IMG/VR virus record: IMGVR_UViG_3300037067_027616
Coordinates: 128,001 to 192,000 of that record
Direction: 5' to 3' (one strand)
Source of the DNA: a virus
Lineage: Duplodnaviria; Caudoviricetes
Length of the DNA stretch: 64,000 nt
This document shows, in pieces, positions 50,345 through 57,224 of the stretch. The notes beneath the pieces were generated by a model that was not told where the DNA came from, ran no database searches, and saw only the letters and a program-made list of their open reading frames with translations. Within the stretch, counting starts at the first letter, position 1. Each line of letters begins with the position of its first letter. Made by a program: the position numbers and the translations under genes.

Positions 50345-50421
50345 TGGAGCCCACGAGTGGATTCAAACCACCGACTTTTTCCTTACCAAGGAAATACTCA
50401 TATCAACTGAGTTACGTGGGC
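50345..50421 (-). tRNA. tRNA-Thr(GGT)
   Basis: Cloverleaf; A19-U56. Confidence 0.85.
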
Positions 50422-50728
50422 TTATCTACCGTATTTGATGCTTAACGATGCCGCTCCGGCTACGCACATCAAAAAAAGATCGTATGTCCTGATCGCATAT
50501 GTGGGTATCTTGCGTAGTTTGTGAATCGTATTTTTAAGTTGTTCTTCGTCCAACAGCAGCGGAACTATCGTCTTGTGAACTCCGTCATACACCATAAAAT
50601 GCACAAAACCTGGATACATAGTTCCTTCAGAAGCAACCGTCCAGGCTCCTTCCGTGTGTGCATACTCATACACAATTAATGATTCCTTTGTCTCCATGTG
50701 TGTGGAGAAAAATGAATGTGTTATTCGG

Positions 50729-50804
50729 TGGCAGGGTGAGAGGGCATCGAACCCCCAGCCTCAGGTTTTGGAGACCTGCGCTCTGCCGATTGAGCTATCA
50801 CCCT
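50729..50804 (-). tRNA. tRNA-Trp(CCA)
   Basis: Cloverleaf, CCA. Confidence 0.92.
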
Positions 50805-52212
50805 AAAAGAGATATGAACTGATCGTAATTTTGTTTTGATCCGCCCACGCCCTCATAATTCGTTGCTCTTGAGGAGTAGGCGATCTGTTGCTCATACCAC
50901 GTGCTTGACAGATCTGCCCTTTGGTGAGTTCCATGGTGACCATCCTCCACGAGCCTTCCTTGTCAAACAACCTCAACGACCATATCGAGGATCTTCCCGA
51001 TGAGCAGGCCCATGTGTATGATGCCACGCAATGTTTCATGGCCCGGCCTTCATCGTACAGTTCCTTCGAGGTCAAAAGTTCCTTGATAATCCAAACCCTG
51101 CGGTTCTGCCCAGTTCCTTCCTCGAGCCGGAAGTCAGACACCACGCTGTGACTCCAAGAGGACGCACCTTTTTTAGCCTTTCCAAGTTCTTTGTGCCACC
51201 GTTCAACTTGATCCATCAAGGTATTGGCGTTCCGGCCGTTCATGCTGAAGTTTGGTTGTTCGGGATTTTGAGTAACGATGTTGCCTCGGTCGTCATATTC
51301 ATTGCGTATCTCATATTTAATGTGGCATATGTAATCGATGATCGGACCATATTGATTCGAGTCGAGCATGGGATTTGCAATGAGAAATTTTATAAACGAC
51401 TGCCGGAACTCATCATCAAACCGTTGCATGCGAGTGCCCCGCAAACGGGATGATATCCTCGTGTCCCCGCCGAGGGCAACGACCTGGCCATGTAAGAGGG
51501 CATCTATTACAGAGAAATACCCGGGGGCTTCAAGGAAATGGTGCGCCATCTTTTTCGTCAGCGGGAACGGAAGATTTCTCGCCGTCCGTATGTTGTTGCC
51601 GTTCCCTATGTGTATGTACCACTCTTGATGGAGTTGTTCATCAGCCTCCCAAACGCTGTCCATGAAGGTTGGTATGGGATACTTCGTGAAAAGGTGCCGT
51701 AACAACGATGATATCTGCCGTTGCAAGCTGTGGCTCTTCACCACCCACGTGGTGGGATCCTTTATCCAATACGGGGACCACCTCGCGATTTTTATGAGCA
51801 TCCTGATCGCTTGGGTGTCTTTAAGGATCTTTGACCGGTCATTACCTTTTCCAGACACGGAGTCGACAAGTTTGATTAAAGATCTTTTTGTGTCTTCGTC
51901 TAAAACAGACCTGTGATCAAACAGCGCGTTAGAAACAGAGGAAAATTCACACGATTTAGTTGGGTCTTGCAGGACCCTGTGAATGGCTTCCCGTTCGTTT
52001 CGAGGGGTGTGACTGCTTTTTTCCAAAGCTTTGATAGCCTTGTCTGCTTTGTATATCGAGGCCTCCCGTGCAATTTGCCAAGGGGTTTTATACCACGTGG
52101 CCTCAAACCCTGCTTCCTGGCACCACTCAAGGTACTTCGGCATCTCCAAACCGAAGCTACGAAGTATGACTTGTTCGGCGCTCTCCTTGTTGTACTTTTT
52201 CTGTACGGCCAT
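50803..52212 (-). CDS. PcfJ-domain protein
   Basis: EGRAMKHCVASY...SIWSLR...QARG..NR. Confidence 0.85.
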   Translation of the reverse strand: MAVQKKYNKESAEQVILRSFGLEMPKYLEWCQEAGFEATWYKTPWQIAREASIYKADKAIKALEKSSHTPRNEREAIHRVLQDPTKSCEFSSVSNALFDHRSVLDEDTKRSLIKLVDSVSGKGNDRSKILKDTQAIRMLIKIARWSPYWIKDPTTWVVKSHSLQRQISSLLRHLFTKYPIPTFMDSVWEADEQLHQEWYIHIGNGNNIRTARNLPFPLTKKMAHHFLEAPGYFSVIDALLHGQVVALGGDTRISSRLRGTRMQRFDDEFRQSFIKFLIANPMLDSNQYGPIIDYICHIKYEIRNEYDDRGNIVTQNPEQPNFSMNGRNANTLMDQVERWHKELGKAKKGASSWSHSVVSDFRLEEGTGQNRRVWIIKELLTSKELYDEGRAMKHCVASYTWACSSGRSSIWSLRLFDKEGSWRMVTMELTKGQICQARGMSNRSPTPQEQRIMRAWADQNKITISSYLF

Positions 52213-52223
52213 AAGGTCACCTT

Positions 52224-53111
52224 CTACAGGATGACGATTCTGACATCAGGTACTCCCGCAGGATCCGCCTCTATGACTGCGGCGATTAGTTTGGAGGTTT
52301 CCACCCACGGGTGTCTCATGAGGTAGTCTTCTCTCATGGTTTCCATCCTCGAGGGGTCGATGACGGCGGCGGACAGATACTGTCCAGGTTGCACGACAAC
52401 GGTTCTGCCGATGGTGGCTGTACGTATTTTTGTCCTCCAGGGGCATTCATGTATGTGTCCGGACAATACCATGTACGGCTGCTTTTCCTCAATCCATTCT
52501 TTGATGGCGTTTGACCCGACCTCGCGGCCATCTATGCACACATCCAACCCGACCAATTTGGGAGGGGAATGTATGGCTATTATCTCGTTCGGCTTCGCCT
52601 TTCTCGACCGCAAATCATCTTCGATGGTGCCTTTTTTTCGGAAGTATTCTTTCACATCTATTATGGGTACCAACCCGTGTTCGGTGTCTTCTGTGGGTAT
52701 CTGTATATACGATTCAGGTTTCCACCCCTTGTGGTCATACTTGCAGGCGGTCTTCAACCCGAACGGATAGTCAGGCACGTACGGGTATCCAGTAAACGTA
52801 AACCCCTCGAAATCGATGGGTTTCTCATCGATGAGATCCCCGCATCTTTCCCGGTAGAGGGGTTTGCGTGTCCACAAGTCATCATTGCCAAACATGGCCA
52901 TGAACTTTATGTCCTTATCTCCGCACTTCTTGATGAACCCCGGCAAGAATTTCTTTATGAATTCCTTCTGCCGCGGTTGCATGGAGTAACCTTTTGGGAG
53001 TATGTCGGCTCCCACGTGAAGGAGTTTTGCTCCTTCAGTTACGCATAAATCGAGAGCCTTTGCGTACTTCCCCTCATCCCCATGTAAATCTGTGGCATAA
53101 ACGAACTTCAT
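52224..53111 (-). CDS. calcineurin-like metallophosphoesterase
   Basis: TDLHG, GAD, GNDD, HSPP, SGHIHE. Confidence 0.85.
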   Translation of the reverse strand: MKFVYATDLHGDEGKYAKALDLCVTEGAKLLHVGADILPKGYSMQPRQKEFIKKFLPGFIKKCGDKDIKFMAMFGNDDLWTRKPLYRERCGDLIDEKPIDFEGFTFTGYPYVPDYPFGLKTACKYDHKGWKPESYIQIPTEDTEHGLVPIIDVKEYFRKKGTIEDDLRSRKAKPNEIIAIHSPPKLVGLDVCIDGREVGSNAIKEWIEEKQPYMVLSGHIHECPWRTKIRTATIGRTVVVQPGQYLSAAVIDPSRMETMREDYLMRHPWVETSKLIAAVIEADPAGVPDVRIVIL

Positions 53112-53137
53112 TCGTCACCCCATTCAAAAGGTAAGAT

Positions 53138-53166
53138 AATATACTATTTTGAATATCTTTTGTCAC
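53138..53166 (-). promoter_or_regulatory. possible internal sigma70 promoter
   Basis: GTGACA-17-TATATT. Confidence 0.5.
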
Positions 53167-53175
53167 CTTGAATTT

Positions 53176-53254
53176 TGGTAGGATCGGTGAGATTTGAACT
53201 CACGACCAGCTGCTTATAAGGCAGCTGCTCATCACCAGGCTGAGCTACGATCCT
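53176..53254 (-). tRNA. tRNA-Ile(TAT)
   Basis: Cloverleaf with UAU anticodon, CCA. Confidence 0.88.
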
Positions 53255-53303
53255 ACAAACCGGAGTGTGCTGACAATGAAGCATGTCCATACTTTGATAA
53301 TTG

Positions 53304-53376
53304 TGGAGCTGAGGGGGATCGAACCCCTGGCCTCGACATTGCGAACGTCGCGCTCTCCCAGCTGAGCTACAGCCCC
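53304..53376 (-). tRNA. tRNA-Ala(CGC)
   Basis: Cloverleaf, G3-U70; CCA not encoded (CAA). Confidence 0.9.
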
Positions 53377-53397
53377 GTATTAGATTCTTAAAATTTG

Positions 53398-53694
53398 TCA
53401 TGCGGCCCAAGGACGTATATCAGAAAGATCTTCCTGCCAAGGTCTGCAGTATCTTTTCTCCTGCATAGTCCTTTTGTCTTTGTTCCAACGACTTCTACGT
53501 GGGTTTCCGCAGGAAGAACAAGAACACAATTTGGTCGTGTTCCTTCTCAAGTAACCCCAACGTTCGAGAAGTTTCTTCTTCTGTTCTTCGGTACACCATG
53601 TCCACCGGTATGAACTGGTTTCACCGCGAGCACGTGCGTCACCTTTCCACTTTCCTACGAGGAAGCGTTCCCGGCGATTGCGGGGATGAGGCAT
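53398..53694 (-). CDS. small basic protein (CSCxxCGNPRR)
   Basis: AAGGAGG RBS; Arg/Lys-rich. Confidence 0.75.
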   Translation of the reverse strand: MPHPRNRRERFLVGKWKGDARARGETSSYRWTWCTEEQKKKLLERWGYLRRNTTKLCSCSSCGNPRRSRWNKDKRTMQEKRYCRPWQEDLSDIRPWAA

Positions 53695-53797
53695 CAGTAA
53701 CCTCCTTATGAGTTAAATACTGATTGCCATCATTTTACCCCTTTGTTGGAAAAGTGATTACACTATCATCTTTTAAAAATGAGTAGATGATTAATTT

Positions 53798-53873
53798 TGG
53801 TGGAGCTGGCGAGGGTCGAACTCACTACCTCCTCGTAGCCAACGAGGCGCTCTCCCAATTGAGCTACAGCCCC
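53798..53873 (-). tRNA. tRNA-Ala(GGC)
   Basis: Cloverleaf; U37; CCA. Confidence 0.9.
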
Positions 53874-53902
53874 ACATTGATAATATACTATCAAAAACAT
53901 TG

Positions 53903-54014
53903 AAATGGACTGCGGTCTCCGGTTCGCCTATGGGAGCCACCTGTGCTTGATAACGGGAGAGGTGGGCGCCCACGTCACCGCCATTCCGGTTCACACGATA
54001 CCCGCAGTCCATTT
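53903..54014 (-). ncRNA. unidentified ~105-nt structured RNA
   Basis: Terminal stem aaatggactgcgg/ccgcagtccattt, internal stem and possible pseudoknot. Confidence 0.6.
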
Positions 54015-54020
54015 TTGTTT

Positions 54021-54098
54021 TGGAGCCAACGACTGGACTCGAACCAGCAACCCCCGCATTACGAATGCGGTGCTCTACCAAATTGAAGCTACGTTGGC
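54021..54098 (-). tRNA. tRNA-Thr(CGT)
   Basis: Cloverleaf, CCA. Confidence 0.92.
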
Positions 54099-54099
54099 A

Positions 54100-54176
54100 T
54101 GGTGGGCGACAGAGGGCTCGAACCTCTGATCTCCGCGATGTGGACGCGGCGCCTTAGCCGACTGGGCCAGTCGCCC
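54100..54176 (-). tRNA. tRNA-Val(CAC)
   Basis: Cloverleaf; C33; CCA. Confidence 0.88.
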
Positions 54177-54186
54177 CTGAAGATTG

Positions 54187-54275
54187 TGGTGGGAGGTGAT
54201 GGAGTCGAACCACCCGAGCCCGTTAAAGGCAACAGCTCTACAGGCTGTCCCGCTACCCCTACGGTATAACCTCCC
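54187..54275 (-). tRNA. tRNA-Tyr(GTA)
   Basis: Cloverleaf, long V-arm, CCA. Confidence 0.9.
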
Positions 54276-54286
54276 ATAAATAAAAA

Positions 54287-54492
54287 GGGGACACTCCCGT
54301 AATTGGACTTCTGTTCTATGGCCACATTTGACTGAGCCCGAGACCCGTCCATTGTAGCCCTGCTCACCGGCTAGGACTGTTTTCGGTTGCTACCGAGGAA
54401 GTGCGGGCGACCTTGCGATCTCCTTCCACGAGCAGTGTAGGTCCAATTTCCTCACCGGACTGACGTCCGGCGCGTGACCTCGGAGTGTCCCC
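54287..54492 (-). ncRNA. rnpB: minimal RNase P-like RNA
   Basis: P1, P2 and P3 helices; GAGGAA and ACAGAA flanking a complementary P4 (AAUUGGAC/GUCCAAUU). Confidence 0.75.
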
Positions 54493-54497
54493 GGGAT

Positions 54498-54583
54498 TGG
54501 TGCTCAAGGAGAGACTTGAACTCTCACGAAGTTTCCCTCGGTGGGTTTTGAGTCCACTGGGTCTGCCATTCCCCCACTTGAGC
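54498..54583 (-). tRNA. tRNA-Leu(CAA)
   Basis: Cloverleaf, CCA. Confidence 0.9.
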
Positions 54584-54627
54584 ATGTTCATAATTTCACG
54601 AATGTTCACGTAAACGTGAACAAAAAT

Positions 54628-54711
54628 TGGTGCGGCTGACTGGATTTGAACCAGCAAGGCGTTTGCCATAACGTTCTTAGCGTTACGTGTATGCCATTCC
54701 ACCACAGCCGC
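54628..54711 (-). tRNA. tRNA-Leu(AAG)
   Basis: Cloverleaf with A34, CCA. Confidence 0.88.
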
Positions 54712-54718
54712 ATATTTA

Positions 54719-54874
54719 TAAGATCCGCGTCCGAGTCGATGGGGCGTCTTCTTTCGAAGACTGATTAACCATCAGTTGCTCCACCCTGGAGCATACTCCC
54801 CATAAGTGGGGAGTCGTGGGATCGAACCACGCATACACGGAATGTACGCCCTCTCATGGAGGACGCGGATCTTA
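54719..54874 (-). ncRNA. circularly permuted tRNA-like / Y-RNA-like element 1 (loop GTT)
   Basis: Order T-arm, closed acceptor, D-arm, anticodon arm, inside a 14-bp terminal stem. Confidence 0.8.
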
Positions 54875-54882
54875 ATTTCAGT

Positions 54883-55042
54883 AGGACACCGTCCGAGTCG
54901 ATGGAGCGTCATCGTCAGATGATGGTTTAGAGACCATTGCGTTTACCATTTCGCCATCCCGGCATTGGTGCCGGGGCCAGGATTTGAACCTGGAGTTGCC
55001 TTTCGGCTTAAATGTACGCTTCGTCCTGGAGGACGGTGTCCT
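54883..55042 (-). ncRNA. circularly permuted tRNA-like / Y-RNA-like element 2 (loop CTA; ACCA in acceptor loop)
   Basis: Same architecture and conserved flanks. Confidence 0.8.
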
Positions 55043-55048
55043 TTTTCT

Positions 55049-55134
55049 TGGTGCGGATGAAAGGATTTGAACCTTCATGGGTGTTAGCCCACTAGCGCCT
55101 GAAACTAGCGTGTCTGCCTTTCCACCACATCCGC
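55049..55134 (-). tRNA. tRNA-Leu(CAG)
   Basis: Cloverleaf, CCA. Confidence 0.9.
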
Positions 55135-55144
55135 GCATCTTAAT

Positions 55145-55293
55145 GGGATCCCCGCCTGAGTCGACGGAGCAAGTGACGCATTTTGACTGTTTTACTGACA
55201 GTTGCCTTACCATTTGGCTATTCCCCCATATAAGGGGGAATCAGGAGTTGAACCTGAAGAGTGTATGCTTTCATCATGGAAGGCGAGGATCCC
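55145..55293 (-). ncRNA. circularly permuted tRNA-like / Y-RNA-like element 3 (loop GTA)
   Basis: Same architecture and conserved flanks. Confidence 0.8.
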
Positions 55294-55302
55294 TAACTTG
55301 TT

Positions 55303-55380
55303 TGGGGTGACCGGCGAGACTCGAACTCGTAACCGCTGGATTCACAATCCAGTGCTCTGACCAATTGAGCTACGGCCACC
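55303..55380 (-). tRNA. tRNA-His(GTG)
   Basis: Cloverleaf, G-1:C73, CCA. Confidence 0.92.
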
Positions 55381-55392
55381 ATAATTCTCCTT

Positions 55393-55466
55393 TGGAGCTG
55401 GCGCCCAGATTTGAACTGAGGATGAAGGTTTTGCGGACCTTTGCCTTTCCACTTGGCTACGCCAGC
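55393..55466 (-). tRNA. tRNA-Cys(GCA)
   Basis: Cloverleaf, U73, C33, CCA. Confidence 0.9.
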
Positions 55467-55623
55467 ATAAGGTAACAAGGAGGAGGGAACGGGCCGGGGA
55501 GCACCGCCCCCACCCCTTGATGCTATTGACATGACTGCGTCCCGCATCAGCGGGCGCATTCATCATGTGCTTCATGCAAACAATCCGTATTTTCAATGAA
55601 CCAGAAACCACAAACAACTCCGT

Positions 55624-55668
55624 AAAAACTTAAAGGCCCCCGTCCGAATCTCTCCGGGCGGGGGCCTT
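55624..55668 (-). terminator. attenuator A terminator
   Basis: AAGGCCCCCGCCCGGA-GAGA-TTCGGACGGGGGCCTT followed by TAAGTTTTT; 5' arm can alternatively pair with 55700-55714. Confidence 0.85.
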
Positions 55669-55690
55669 CTGGTTTTCGCTATGGGCTTGT

Positions 55691-55813
55691 TCAGCCCTTC
55701 AGAAGTCCCCCGCCGTAACTATCCCACGTGAGGTGCAAATACGACAGTCGGCATGCGGCTATCGCTTGCACGTTTGTGGATGATCCGGTTAGTAAGGACT
55801 CTCTGCGTTTCAT
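55691..55813 (-). CDS. leader peptide A (MKRRESLLTGSSTNVQAIAACRLSYLHLTWDSYGGGLLKG)
   Basis: CAGGAG RBS after promoter; codons match all 20 downstream tRNAs. Confidence 0.85.
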   Translation of the reverse strand: MKRRESLLTGSSTNVQAIAACRLSYLHLTWDSYGGGLLKG

Positions 55814-55835
55814 TTGAAAACTCCTGATGGCTCCA

Positions 55836-55864
55836 AATATACCACACAAAAATGGTTTTGTCAA
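55836..55864 (-). promoter_or_regulatory. sigma70 promoter of tRNA array A
   Basis: TTGACA-17-TATATT. Confidence 0.85.
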
Positions 55865-56094
55865 CCTGTTTCTTCCAAAGGCCTTTGGGACAGCGGGAAC
55901 AGCCTCTCATCCACCTGCTTTACGAGGCTCCAAAGTGATGGACACTCCGGCCCATCACCGTAGGTGCTTATGTACTGCCGGATGTACGCACGGGCGTTTT
56001 CAAGTTGCTCGCGGGTCATGCACCCTGTGGTCGTGGACACCGCCTTGGTGAACGCTGTTTCCTTCTCGCTCAACTGCTCGGTGACATCGTCCAT
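55861..56094 (-). CDS. hypothetical protein
   Basis: AAGGAG RBS. Confidence 0.6.
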   Translation of the reverse strand: MDDVTEQLSEKETAFTKAVSTTTGCMTREQLENARAYIRQYISTYGDGPECPSLWSLVKQVDERLFPLSQRPLEETG

Positions 56095-56104
56095 AGGGTC
56101 TCCT

Positions 56105-56557
56105 TTACCAGGTGACTACGAACGGCCCGAAATGGAAACCTTTGCACCATTTACAGGCGTACCCATCTCCTTTGAAAGGCACCGGCCGCGTGACAAGGAA
56201 AAGGCTGAAACGCCAGTCGAAAGGCACGATCTGCAGGCCGATGTCATCGACTTTGTCATACAGCTTCCACCACCATTTCTTTTCGCGCTCCGTGCGCTCC
56301 GCCTCGTGCTTTTCGTACTCCGGGTCAGGCTCATACACTTTTTCCTCATCCGCCTCAAGCCCGAACACTACTTTCAATACGTCATCCCGCTCTTCATCCG
56401 GAAAATCAAAACAAATACCCGCGCTGTCATCATCACCTTTTTTCAGCAATTTCCATATGCAACAACCGACACCGTCCGGGTAGCGTATTTTCTCACCCCG
56501 ATACTCGTTTGATCTCACCATGGTCGTCCCCCTTTTGTATCGGGATAAACTAATCAA
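56105..56557 (-). CDS. hypothetical protein
   Basis: ORF; start probably at MVRS (56521). Confidence 0.65.
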   Translation of the reverse strand: MISLSRYKRGTTMVRSNEYRGEKIRYPDGVGCCIWKLLKKGDDDSAGICFDFPDEERDDVLKVVFGLEADEEKVYEPDPEYEKHEAERTEREKKWWWKLYDKVDDIGLQIVPFDWRFSLFLVTRPVPFKGDGYACKWCKGFHFGPFVVTW

Positions 56558-56561
56558 GACA

Positions 56562-57224
56562 TTATTGCGAGGGACTATAGATTCCTTTGTCCACTATGAA
56601 AGCGAGAACCATACTCGAGAGTCCTGCTTTCAGTATCCCCGGCACGGGGGTGGTCCTGTCCTTCCACGTATGCAATGCCTCGCGTGCTTTCGTGGATGAC
56701 ATGTCGGGTGTGGCCAGGCCCTCCAGATACCTGTGACCACCGGTGGTGTACCATGCCCCGGGGATGTGAACGTATCCCGGCCGTGGCACAACGATAAACG
56801 ATGCGAAGATCCGCAGTTCCTCAAAGTGCTTCCACCTGCCAAAATCGAGGGCATTGTCCAAGCCTATGACGAATTTGAAGGTCACATCTTCGTAGTCGCC
56901 GGCGAGGTTCATGGCCGTCTTCATGGTGCTGCCGTCATCCCAACAGGACCACCGTTTGGCGACTTCAAACTCGAAGTCGCTGACGATTATGCGCTTCTCT
57001 CCTTCAGGCACGGCGAGTGTACACAATTTCACCCGTTCGGAGAAGTCTGTCATGACCTTGCCGAAACAATGATCGATGCACGGCATCAGCCATACCTCAT
57101 CCACCTTGAGTGTCGGGTTGTTGAGTATCCCCAAGGCAACATCGATGTGTCCCGTGGTCGGCGGGTCGAAAGATCCCCCGAACACAGCCACCACCTTGGT
57201 CGGTTTTTTATCCGTGACGGTCAT
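56562..57224 (-). CDS. nadD: nicotinate/nicotinamide mononucleotide adenylyltransferase
   Basis: FGGSFDPPTTGH, IGLDN, W, MSST. Confidence 0.85.
   Translation of the reverse strand: MTVTDKKPTKVVAVFGGSFDPPTTGHIDVALGILNNPTLKVDEVWLMPCIDHCFGKVMTDFSERVKLCTLAVPEGEKRIIVSDFEFEVAKRWSCWDDGSTMKTAMNLAGDYEDVTFKFVIGLDNALDFGRWKHFEELRIFASFIVVPRPGYVHIPGAWYTTGGHRYLEGLATPDMSSTKAREALHTWKDRTTPVPGILKAGLSSMVLAFIVDKGIYSPSQ

Noticed and set aside
53903-54014. HDV-like (theta) ribozyme or 5S rRNA
   Set aside because: GGCGAA is present but the nested double-pseudoknot order could not be built; similarity to 5S is limited to one stem-loop.
54883-55042. Amber suppressor tRNA and stop-codon recoding
   Set aside because: The CTA lies in a 6-nt loop of a permuted element, and long ORFs are intact under the standard code with TAG used as a stop.
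53791-55910. ORF-track proteins across the tRNA/ncRNA block (e.g. 53791, 54089, 54364, 54878, 55293, 55719)
   Set aside because: They overlap tRNA and ncRNA genes or the attenuator and lack RBS or protein-like composition.
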